Source of the DNA: Erwinia phage KEY
Length of the DNA stretch: 32,000 nt
Reading direction: 5' to 3' (one strand)
Sequence record: MZ616364.1
Part shown: one piece after another, positions 18,266 to 25,783 of the stretch
Layout of the letters: each line of letters begins with the position of its first letter
How positions within the stretch are numbered: position 1 is the stretch's first letter
Notes under the pieces: model-generated
The model's input: only the letters and a program-made list of their open reading frames with translations
What the model was told of the DNA's origin: nothing
The model's database searches: none
Position numbers and translations under genes: made by a program

Positions 18266-18836
18266 TCGGATTTGCACATACTCCTAGTTAAAAATATACA
18301 TCGGATTTGCACCTTAATATATCGGATTTGCACATAATCGCGCTTGCGCATGATTTGCTGCGTTTCTAGGTAAACTTAAAAATCTTTATCCAAGGCTTGT
18401 GTATTTGGTAACTATATGCTATCCTGAAAAACTGCCTGCATAAGCTGGGCCGAAGGCCGTATTTGCCAGAGTTTTTAGAGCCACAAGAATTTTTCAAAAA
18501 TCAAGCCATTTACCCCTCCTCAACAACTAAAATGTTCCAATTTCTACCCCCAACCCCCGATCATCCGCAATTACCCCAAATTATCCCCAACTATCCCTCC
18601 TTAACACTCCAAATATTCCATTTCTAGCAAAATATATCGGATTTGCACACTATTTTTAGTCTAAAACTCTTAATTCTCCCCAAATCCGCGCTGTTTTGCC
18701 CATTTTAGGGGCAGGATTGCGCGATTCTAGGTAAAATATATCGGATTCGCACATATTATTGTCGGATTTGCACATTGTCGGATTCGCACATACCCTCAGA
18801 AATTCGTAACCCCAGGCGAATGGGTCGGATTCGCAC
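18266..18836 (+). repeat. Dispersed 12-mer TCGGATTYGCAC, 8 copies
   Basis: Copies at 18266, 18301, 18322, 18637, 18741, 18762, 18778, 18825, all same orientation. Confidence 0.9.
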
Positions 18837-18861
18837 AAGAGCGCAGGACCGGTCAAACATT

Positions 18862-19189
18862 AATGATTATCATTCGCATTTACGAACACGAATGAGAATT
18901 GTTCGCATTTAGGAAGTTGAATGAGAATCATTCGCATTTAGGAAGTTGAATGAGAATCATTCGCATTTGATAATGCTTCTCATTTGCATTTACGAATAGT
19001 TATCATTCGCATTTGATAATGCTTCTCATTTGCGCCTGCAAACACGAATGAGAATTGTTCGCATTCCGCTCGATAGTTGCTTAGCTAATTATTAGTCACC
19101 TTACGTTATTATTCGCCGCCTATACATGTAACCCGTGATTATTAGCAGCCTAATAATTTTTGGGCGCAGTTGAGAATCACTCTCATTTG
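18862..19189. repeat. Array of ~20-bp AATGAGAATNRTTCGCATTT elements, Fur-box-like
   Basis: Copies at 18862, 18891, 18920, 18949, 18995, 19047, related gataatgcttctcatttgc at 18969 and 19015, and ttgagaatcactctcatttg at 19170. Confidence 0.85.
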
Positions 19190-19191
19190 AG

Positions 19192-19261
19192 TTGTCCACA
19201 GACTTATACATTTTGTAAAGTTTATTGACGAGATCCTAGCGATTTTAAGAAGTTATCCACA
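19192..19261 (+). promoter_or_regulatory. Two DnaA-box-like sites
   Basis: TTGTCCACA (19192-19200) and TTATCCACA (19253-19261), both followed by GACTTAT. Confidence 0.7.
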
Positions 19262-19283
19262 GACTTATGAACAGGTTATCCTA

Positions 19284-19299
19284 CTGTATAAATATACAG
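19284..19299. promoter_or_regulatory. LexA-box-like operator (copy 1)
   Basis: CTGTATAAATATACAG; extended TACTGTATAAATATACAGTA differs at one base from TACTGTATATATATACAGTA. Confidence 0.75.
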
Positions 19300-19352
19300 T
19301 AGTTTCCTGCGATACTTTGTGCTGATGTCGATTTTAAGCGGTCTAGGAGCCA

Positions 19353-19373
19353 TTCTAAGCGATTTAAATTTTG
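19353..19373 (+). repeat. Left arm of perfect 21-bp inverted repeat
   Basis: CATTCTAAGCGATTTAAATTT; reverse complement at 23361-23381. Confidence 0.9.
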
Positions 19374-19414
19374 AGGGTATACTAAAGGCAGGGTTCTAGG
19401 GGATATAGGCGAGG

Positions 19415-19441
19415 AAAAGCCCGCGATAGTTAGCGGGCTAA
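19415..19441 (-). terminator. Terminator of leftward pre-early operon
   Basis: On - strand: TAGCCCGCTAACTATCGCGGGCTTTTCC. Confidence 0.75.
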
Positions 19442-19444
19442 TTA

Positions 19445-19561
19445 TTATTTGACTACCAGATTTATTCCGTAGAATGTTACCGCCACGACATAGCAGGCTA
19501 TACAGCCAATAACAACGTCGCCTAACAGCCAACACATTCCAATAAAGAAATCAATACTCAT
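19445..19561 (-). CDS. 38-aa membrane micropeptide (not in ORF track)
   Basis: MSIDFFIGMCWLLGDVVIGCIACYVVAVTFYGINLVVK* directly before the terminator. Confidence 0.5.
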   Translation of the reverse strand: MSIDFFIGMCWLLGDVVIGCIACYVVAVTFYGINLVVK

Positions 19562-19764
19562 TACTTAAACTCCAGAGCAGGGAACGGGGCATAGGCTACA
19601 ACCTCGTTTGCGTGGTCAAAATGGAAGCGATCATTAACCATCGCCAGTGTACCATTAGAGATCTCAACTACTTCTAAATAGCAAGGATCACCATTATCTA
19701 AATAGGCAACATACTTGCCTACCGGGATCTCTTTAACGTTATGGATCACAGGAGTAAATTTCAT
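19561..19764 (-). CDS. Small pre-early protein, unknown
   Basis: 67-aa ORF MKFTPVIHNVKEIPVGKYVAYLDNGDPCYLE... Confidence 0.6.
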   Translation of the reverse strand: MKFTPVIHNVKEIPVGKYVAYLDNGDPCYLEVVEISNGTLAMVNDRFHFDHANEVVAYAPFPALEFK

Positions 19765-19913
19765 TAGTCTAAATCCACGTCAACAAAGGTTCCTTCAGTA
19801 CGGCGGAGGCGACCGTAAAAACGCTTCACCATGCGAACCTGAATGAAACGGCTAACCCACTGCCGGGTAACCCAACGATCCACTTTGTAGTCACAAATCA
19901 ATTGGCCTTTCAT
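19764..19913 (-). CDS. 49-aa basic protein (not in ORF track)
   Basis: MKGQLICDYKVDRWVTRQWVSRFIQVRMVKRFYGRLRRTEGTFVDVDLD*; TAATG overlap with next gene. Confidence 0.5.
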   Translation of the reverse strand: MKGQLICDYKVDRWVTRQWVSRFIQVRMVKRFYGRLRRTEGTFVDVDLD

Positions 19914-19996
19914 ATAATACCTGCCTGCAACAATAACGCTGTTAATTGAATGCTAGCGGCAACTCCCACTAGCACATACATTAAATTATAGAACAT
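19910..19996 (-). CDS. 28-aa membrane micropeptide (candidate)
   Basis: MFYNLMYVLVGVAASIQLTALLLQAGII*; ATGA overlap with 19764-19913. Confidence 0.4.
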   Translation of the reverse strand: MFYNLMYVLVGVAASIQLTALLLQAGII

Positions 19997-20004
19997 AAAT
20001 TTCC

Positions 20005-20235
20005 TTAAAGTAAAGGAATCATTCTAGCGGCTTGCTTAGGTGAGCAATGTTCCATTTTCAGGACATCTAACAAGGTTCCTGCTTCCGACTGGTCAATCTT
20101 GCCCATATCGTAAAGAGCCTGAATAGCGTCGTGCGTCTTGCTGATTCCGAACTCTGCTACCATATCAGCAACGATAGCAGCGGTGGCAACCCATTCTGTT
20201 AAACCAGTGTTAAATACATGAGTAAGAGAAATCAT
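20005..20235 (-). CDS. Small pre-early protein, unknown
   Basis: 76-aa ORF. Confidence 0.6.
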   Translation of the reverse strand: MISLTHVFNTGLTEWVATAAIVADMVAEFGISKTHDAIQALYDMGKIDQSEAGTLLDVLKMEHCSPKQAARMIPLL

Positions 20236-20338
20236 TTTAAAACCTCCAGCAAAGATAATAACAAAAACCTACAAAACAAAACGCCGCTATTAACTGAAGC
20301 CATTCTTTAATAGCTTGTTTGGTATAGTATTCCATTCA

Positions 20339-20428
20339 TTACGCTCCAAAAGTTTCGACGATTGCATCGAAAGCGGCAAACGCGACTGCCGCAAGGATCA
20401 AGACCAGACCAACTACGAAAATTGCCAT
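20339..20428 (-). CDS. 29-aa hydrophobic micropeptide
   Basis: MAIFVVGLVLILAAVAFAAFDAIVETFGA* with GGAGGCGG SD upstream. Confidence 0.5.
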   Translation of the reverse strand: MAIFVVGLVLILAAVAFAAFDAIVETFGA

Positions 20429-20483
20429 TTTACCGCCTCCGAGTGTTTTTGTTTGTTTGGATACTACAGTTATATAATAGCAT

Positions 20484-20511
20484 AAAGGCCACCCGAAGGT
20501 AGCCTTTTTAT
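20484..20511. terminator. Hairpin with CTTCGG loop on - strand, possible bidirectional terminator
   Basis: aaaggccacccgaaggtagccttttta. Confidence 0.6.
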
Positions 20512-20528
20512 GTAAAGAAGTGTAAAGA

Positions 20529-20747
20529 TTAGCGAGTACAGAGATTAACCGTTATTGTCTGCTCATCCCCATAAGACTCACTGAGATTCTTATAGTCTCC
20601 GTCTTTATCGTGGCAATACTTTTCAAACAGATAATCGAGATCATCCCCGGTCAAATTGTGCCAACGTTCTAGCAGATACAGATCTTCTTTGTCTAGCTCA
20701 AAGTTAAAGGTGTTAACTTCGGTGCGTACCTGTTTTAACGTGATCAT
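20529..20747 (-). CDS. Small pre-early protein, unknown
   Basis: 72-aa ORF MITLKQVRTEVNTFNFELDKEDLYLLERW... Confidence 0.6.
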   Translation of the reverse strand: MITLKQVRTEVNTFNFELDKEDLYLLERWHNLTGDDLDYLFEKYCHDKDGDYKNLSESYGDEQTITVNLCTR

Positions 20748-21103
20748 GCCGTTCTCCTGAACACGGTTTGATAAGTGGTGGCGCTAGTCTTAACTACTTC
20801 ACCGTCTACGTAAAGGCGTTCTGTATTAACGCCGTATAACATAGTAATAAATTCGTCGTGATCGTTAATTAAATAACTATCTCCCATATATTGGAATATA
20901 GTTGGCTTACCTGCCAAAATATTATTACAGATTAAATAAACAACCTGCACACTTATTTTAGCCGTTACTAAACTTCTAGCCGAAATAGTTAACGGGCCAT
21001 TGAAATTAGTTAATTGAGCCAGCGCGTGAATTAACTTATTTTTGCCTGAGACAATTAAAGGGCAATTTAAGGAATCGTGGTGAATATGAAATTGTATTTT
21101 CAT
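20744..21103 (-). CDS. Pre-early protein, unknown
   Basis: 119 aa with 4-nt overlaps on both sides. Confidence 0.6.
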   Translation of the reverse strand: MKIQFHIHHDSLNCPLIVSGKNKLIHALAQLTNFNGPLTISARSLVTAKISVQVVYLICNNILAGKPTIFQYMGDSYLINDHDEFITMLYGVNTERLYVDGEVVKTSATTYQTVFRRTA

Positions 21104-21639
21104 TTCTTTTCTAACTCCCGAATATATTCAATAAGGTCAATAACCACGATTTCGCTAGCTGCTAAATCACCGCCTAACATTTCATCAAGGCTAGTTTCCG
21201 CGCTGCGAGATTCCCGGCAAGCGGTAATAATCTCGTTAATAGTCCAACCGGGGTTCCAGTCACGTTTACCGAATAAACGCGGTTCTTCCTCTTTGGGTTC
21301 CGTGACTGGAGTCTGGCTAATAATATATTCTTTTCCTAATACTTCGGAAATACGAAAATCGCCAGAAATATTCTGTTCCACCAGCTCGCAGAAGGATTTA
21401 AAATCATAATCCATAACCTGAGTAATTAATGCTGTATGTAACCCGCCGGGGTAAATGCCGTACATTTCAGCGTTTTCAATTGCAAGCTCGTGTGCAAAAC
21501 TATCCGCGTCAGTGCCTGCATAAATCAAGTGAACATCCCGCGACTCACTGCCGCAAGATCCCGTATGACACTCAATAAAGGCTAGCACTGATTTCTTTTG
21601 TACGCCTTCTAATAACTTTTTATTATCGTAGCTACGCAT
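21100..21639 (-). CDS. Pre-early protein, unknown
   Basis: 179-aa ORF. Confidence 0.65.
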   Translation of the reverse strand: MRSYDNKKLLEGVQKKSVLAFIECHTGSCGSESRDVHLIYAGTDADSFAHELAIENAEMYGIYPGGLHTALITQVMDYDFKSFCELVEQNISGDFRISEVLGKEYIISQTPVTEPKEEEPRLFGKRDWNPGWTINEIITACRESRSAETSLDEMLGGDLAASEIVVIDLIEYIRELEKK

Positions 21640-21703
21640 ATTTAAATAACTCCAGTTGTGGGAATAATTAATAAAGACGGCTATTTCTAGCCGCCAGAGT
21701 TAA

Positions 21704-22194
21704 TTACTCTAATTTAGTTTTAACCGCTGAAATACGATTGTTCAATTCAACTTTAGCCGCTGAGTGAATATCGTCATATGTAGCTACAACGGTAAACAGA
21801 TCATCGCTGGTCAGCTTGCTAACGTCTGGAACAGGTTTAATAGTTTCAACCTTTTCCGCTGCTTCTGGCTCGCGTGCTTCACCTGCCAGACCATCTACCA
21901 GATAATAAATACAGGTATCATCAGATGCGCTGACTTCAATTTCATAACAGGTTCCCTCGCTGCTAATATCGAAACCATACGTATAATCGCCAACGATAGG
22001 GAAAATACTAACGCCGCTACGAACATCGTCAAAATCAAAGTTATCCCGGCGATTACCAGCCCTTTCGAACTCCTCCCGGCTGTCGAAAGGAATTACAATA
22101 GATACACCACTGTAATTATTTAAATCAACCCATTTAGCAACTTCTGTTAGAGTACCAGAGAAAACGATATTAAGTGCGATTACCTGAGACATAT
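21704..22194 (-). CDS. Pre-early acidic protein, unknown
   Basis: Start at MSQVIALNIVF (22194), after which protein-like composition begins. Confidence 0.6.
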
Positions 22195-22259
22195 ATTTAA
22201 CTCCATTAGTTAGGGAACAATTAATAAAGGCGGCTGATCTAGCCAACCGCCAGAGTTAA

Positions 22260-22622
22260 TTACTCTTCTGAGTTAGTCAGTTTAGAAATATCAACCTTGT
22301 TAACAACTTCGTTAATCATTTCTTCAAAGTTGAACTTCTGCAACATTTCCAGCATTGCGCCCTCTAGCATTGCATCCGCTACCAGTTGAGCATTTTGGTT
22401 ATTAGCTGCGAACTGAGTAACCGCAAAGTTAAACAGGTTAGCCATTACCAGACGACCGATTTCTGAATCAGCATAGCCGCGAATCATCATAGGCAGTTTA
22501 GGAGTTACTACGCGGGAAACTTGCTTAATCGCAATACGACCGGCTTCGAGTTTAGCAACTGCAACAACGGCTGATTTGTTTTTAGCAGCAACAACGGTAG
22601 CAGTATTTTTTACGTTTGACAT
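22260..22622 (-). CDS. Pre-early protein MSNVKNTATVV...; may instead be the 3' part of a longer 22260-23011 reading frame
   Basis: ATG at 22622 with AAAGGAT upstream, but no in-frame stop separates it from the upstream coding-like sequence. Confidence 0.5.
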   Translation of the reverse strand: MSNVKNTATVVAAKNKSAVVAVAKLEAGRIAIKQVSRVVTPKLPMMIRGYADSEIGRLVMANLFNFAVTQFAANNQNAQLVADAMLEGAMLEMLQKFNFEEMINEVVNKVDISKLTNSEE

Positions 22623-22965
22623 ATTAGTAGATCCTTTATTAGTAGATGAATTATTTGCAATCGCGCCAGTGCGATTAATTTTGTTTTCAACGTGTACCTG
22701 ACTCCAGCCTTCCGGCAGACTCTCTAAAGTCCAGTCAGGAGTATAAATTGCATCGCTAGTAAATGCAAGTACTTTGTAATCAGTACGCAACGATCCAATA
22801 CTATTATACTCACTGAAATCATCCTTAATGGCATGAATTACCGTATTAATATCGAGACTTGCTACCTGCACATCGTCATTATGACTAGCGTCTGTGTTAT
22901 TGGTGCGCGTAGCGTAGTACTCTACGTTTCCGCTACCAGTGTGACGTAGTACAATAAAGTCAACG

Positions 22966-23211
22966 TCATACGGGCCAGTGGCTAGTAATAATCCAACTGT
23001 TACTATTATACAGTACAACAATTTTCCCTCCCTGTAAAGCCCCATTAATAAAGGCCGTTGGCAAATCGTGACGCTCATCCGTGCCAAACAGTGAAGATAC
23101 TTCCCGTTCAAAATGCTTAACCGCGTGACTGCTAGCACTACCCGCTAGCATGTTATTCAGAGCTTTAAACTTAACTGACTGATTACCAGCCTTAAAGATT
23201 TTCATAGACAT
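22966..23211 (-). CDS. First gene of leftward operon, 81 aa, possibly frameshift-linked to downstream frame
   Basis: MSMKIFKAGNQSVKFKALNNML...SHWPV*; overlaps the open frame starting near 23011. Confidence 0.55.
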   Translation of the reverse strand: MSMKIFKAGNQSVKFKALNNMLAGSASSHAVKHFEREVSSLFGTDERHDLPTAFINGALQGGKIVVLYNSNSWIITSHWPV

Positions 23212-23360
23212 TGTTTTATGTCTCCCTCGTTATTTGGTGATTGCATTATGCGCCTTTCCGTACTCCCTAGCAAATACTTTGTTGCCTGTAAAGAAATCTT
23301 GCCAATATCTACCGGCTTCCTACGCCAGCACGATCAAAGTTAACCATTTATACAGGTTCT

Positions 23361-23381
23361 AAATTTAAATCGCTTAGAATG
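23361..23381 (-). repeat. Right arm of perfect 21-bp inverted repeat
   Basis: AAATTTAAATCGCTTAGAATG, reverse complement of 19353-19373. Confidence 0.9.
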
Positions 23382-23432
23382 CGTTACAGAGCGTTTAAAT
23401 AGGTGTTTAGAGTAATGTCCTGTTTAAAAGTA

Positions 23433-23448
23433 CTGTATAAATATACAG
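23433..23448. promoter_or_regulatory. LexA-box-like operator (copy 2)
   Basis: CTGTATAAATATACAG, identical to copy 1; flank ...CAGTAGGATAAG mirrors CTTATCCTACTG context. Confidence 0.75.
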
Positions 23449-23458
23449 TAGGATAAGC

Positions 23459-23528
23459 TGTGGATAACTCTGGGGATATCTCGCTATAAGCTGTCCTACG
23501 CTGTCAAATTATTTTGTGCTGTTGATAA
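23459..23528 (-). promoter_or_regulatory. DnaA-box-like sites
   Basis: TGTGGATAA (23459-23467, reverse complement of TTATCCACA) and TGTTGATAA (23520-23528); another AGTGGATAA at 23836-23844. Confidence 0.65.
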
Positions 23529-24096
23529 CTTTGTGAATTGTTAAAGATAGTAGTTATTCTCATTTAGCCCAAAATACTTAGTTCGCTAATTAGTAATTAG
23601 CTAAGCATCAATTTATGTGTATATTATATCAATTTAAATAGTTAGTTGGCGAATGATTTTCTTAAGTGATTACTAGCACGCTAACACGTAACACGCATAT
23701 AGTAACGGGCGTGATGGTCGGCGGGCGCCGTTATTATTAGCCTGCTAACTATTCCGCTGTGAAACTATCCACCAGCATACTTTTTAAGTTATTGCAACAG
23801 CTATTTTTAGTGAGCATAAAGAAAATTGAAAAACAAGTGGATAACTCATTAAATTTCATTTTTGCTTTTTGTATAAGTTATTAACAGCCTCTAAAACGCA
23901 TTCTAAGCCATTTTAAGCGTTTCTAGCAGTAAGCTATACGAATGCATAGGGTACTAGTCGATCTCTTCACCAGGAGCGTTTTAGATTTTGTCAACTAGGT
24001 AGAATAAGAAAAACATGAAAAAATATCTTGCCAAATACATTTTTATTCTGTATCACGCGCGCCCGCTCTACTTATAAAGGGCTTATGCAGGCTGTT

Positions 24097-24125
24097 TTGT
24101 CTTTACGTTTCTTTACAAATATAAG
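24097..24125 (+). promoter_or_regulatory. Candidate pre-early rightward promoter
   Basis: TTGTCT-N17-TATAAG. Confidence 0.45.
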
Positions 24126-24207
24126 CTTGTACTGAAAACCGCTTTCGCCTATTATTTATCTCGTAGGACGCAGACAGCGACCTACACGGCGGAGTAGTTA
24201 GCCGCCA

Positions 24208-24243
24208 CGCTCTTTAAAAATCTGGTATCCATTATGCGCCGCT
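24208..24243 (+). promoter_or_regulatory. boxA-like element plus inverted-repeat arm
   Basis: ACGCTCTTTAAAAATCTGG followed by ATCCATTATGCGCCGCT. Confidence 0.55.
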
Positions 24244-24266
24244 CCCTAATACAAGGAAACGGCAAA

Positions 24267-24422
24267 ATGATAGAATTTACCCACGCAAAGGTTTACTTGC
24301 TAGATTATGGTAATGACGCTATAACGGTGGCTTGTTTGGACGCTCTTACTAAAGAGTACCCTAACAAATGTTATGTTGTTGATGGTGACGGCTTAGTAGT
24401 AAGGATGGCAGAAAATGACTAG
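24267..24422 (+). CDS. Small pre-early protein
   Basis: MIEFTHAKVYLLDYGNDAITVAC...; start after caaggaaacggcaaa. Confidence 0.55.
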   Translation: MIEFTHAKVYLLDYGNDAITVACLDALTKEYPNKCYVVDGDGLVVRMAEND

Positions 24423-24579
24423 AAAAGAACATAAAGAAATGTTGCTTTTAATGAGAACACGCTTTATAATGGTTTCTCAGTCAGCCGGTGAATGGTTTGG
24501 TTTCGAACTGGCTAACGAGTTTGGTAAAGGCTTCTACAAAAAATTTAAAGAAAGTCAGCAAAAAGTGCTTGCAAACTGA
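24415..24579 (+). CDS. 54-aa protein (not in ORF track)
   Basis: MTRKEHKEMLLLMRTRFIMVSQSAGEWFGFELANEFGKGFYKKFKESQQKVLAN*; overlaps preceding stop. Confidence 0.55.
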   Translation: MTRKEHKEMLLLMRTRFIMVSQSAGEWFGFELANEFGKGFYKKFKESQQKVLAN

Positions 24580-24584
24580 AAACA

Positions 24585-24629
24585 AGCGGCGCATAATAGA
24601 TACCAGATTCAACGCTCTTTAACAATTTG
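24585..24629 (+). promoter_or_regulatory. Inverted-repeat arm plus rrn-type boxA
   Basis: AGCGGCGCATAATAGATACCAGATT then AACGCTCTTTAACAATTTGG; GCTCTTTAACAATTT matches E. coli rrn boxA context. Confidence 0.6.
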
Positions 24630-24720
24630 GAAAACAACTTGGTAGCGGATTCCTCCTGCTACCGATTAGATTCTTAGTCGGTAGTGTGAGTAAATCCCCC
24701 TAACTACTGGAGTTAAAATT

Positions 24721-24960
24721 ATGAATACGCCTAAAATCGGTCAGTCTGTTTTCATCCCTTTTGTTACTCGTACTGACGAGGAAACAGGGAAAGCGGAGAA
24801 AATCAACGGTGCAAGCCTTATGCCGTTTGATACCATCGACGCTGTTTACGCTGAAACCGATCGTAGCAAAAGCGGCAAGCCTGTTTATTCCGTTCGTGTG
24901 AAATCCGGTGATGCAGTGCGCATCATGGAAAAAGACGAAAAGTGGCAAGCCGTCGCATAA
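24721..24960 (+). CDS. Small pre-early protein
   Basis: 79 aa, RBS ctggagt. Confidence 0.65.
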   Translation: MNTPKIGQSVFIPFVTRTDEETGKAEKINGASLMPFDTIDAVYAETDRSKSGKPVYSVRVKSGDAVRIMEKDEKWQAVA

Positions 24961-25052
24961 TTGTTAGACTTTATACCCTAGTTTATGCTAGGGTATAGCG
25001 AGTAACAATTCTGTTATTCATAACCCATAATTATTTTTCTGGAGATATAAAG

Positions 25053-25478
25053 ATGACTACTACCAAAACCGTTAAAGCTGAAAAAACCGCAAAAACTACT
25101 TCTGTAAACGGCTGGACCGAAGAAAATACCGCTCTGGCAATTACGCTTTATAAAGAAGCGTTTGCGGTTGGCGGTGCAGAACTGGCAAATGATCCTTCTT
25201 CTACTCTTAAAGAGATTCAGGAGAAAACCGGCGCTAAATCAGTTGTGTCTGTTCGCTCTAAACTGATCTCCGAAAAAGTTTACGAAAAAGCTGACGCGCC
25301 TCGTAAAGTTGGCGGTGGTACTAGCGTTCGTAAAGTGCATTTTGTCCGCGCTCTGGCTGCTAAAGCTCTGGCAGAAGGTGTTATTGACGATATCGCCGCT
25401 TTCGACTCACTGGAGCAGGCGAAAGCCGAACCGCTTAAAGCACTGGCTAAACTTCTGAATGTAGAAGTTACAGCGTAG
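25053..25478 (+). CDS. A2: A2-like pre-early protein (T5 second-step-transfer factor A2)
   Basis: 141 aa, Ala/Lys-rich start then NGWTEENTALAITLYKEA...VSVRSKLISE; size and synteny match T5 A2. Confidence 0.7.
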   Translation: MTTTKTVKAEKTAKTTSVNGWTEENTALAITLYKEAFAVGGAELANDPSSTLKEIQEKTGAKSVVSVRSKLISEKVYEKADAPRKVGGGTSVRKVHFVRALAAKALAEGVIDDIAAFDSLEQAKAEPLKALAKLLNVEVTA

Positions 25479-25534
25479 TAGTGTTAAACGGCGACTGTTA
25501 ATATAAGGTCGCCTTATTAACCCTACTAACTGGA

Positions 25535-25783
25535 GTGCTAGCAATGTTTAATTATTTTCCCTCTCTTTATGTTATTGTTGCCTTGTATACTCTTGCTGGC
25601 TATTTTTATAGCCGCTTCGAATTTTGGCTAAAACAATCATTCGATTCAGTTGGCTATAGTAAACAGGAACGCATCGCCCATCGCTACAGCCGCCGTAACG
25701 CCGTATTGTTTTCGGTGTTCTTAGTTCTAGCTTTAATATTAAGTACGATTGATTTTCTTAATTCTGCTTATATTGGCGAATAA
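25535..25783 (+). CDS. Small membrane protein
   Basis: 82 aa, two TM segments. Confidence 0.6.
   Translation: MLAMFNYFPSLYVIVALYTLAGYFYSRFEFWLKQSFDSVGYSKQERIAHRYSRRNAVLFSVFLVLALILSTIDFLNSAYIGE

Noticed and set aside
18656-18856. 66-aa - strand ORF across TCGGATTYGCAC repeats.
   Set aside because: Composition dominated by repeat translation (CESDNN, ANPT); better explained as noncoding repeat DNA.
18266-19066. Repeats considered as a CRISPR array.
   Set aside because: Repeat units of 12 and 20 bp with irregular spacing or homologous intervening sequence, no unique uniform spacers and no cas genes.
17776-19280. Searched by eye for tRNA genes because T5-like phages carry many.
   Set aside because: No cloverleaf with TTCRANY T-arm and CCA-end could be supported here or elsewhere in the window; tRNAscan-SE would be decisive.
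21077-22123. + strand ORFs 21077-21409 and 21764-22123 opposite the leftward operon.
   Set aside because: Low-quality composition, antisense to coupled ORFs with overlaps and RBSs.
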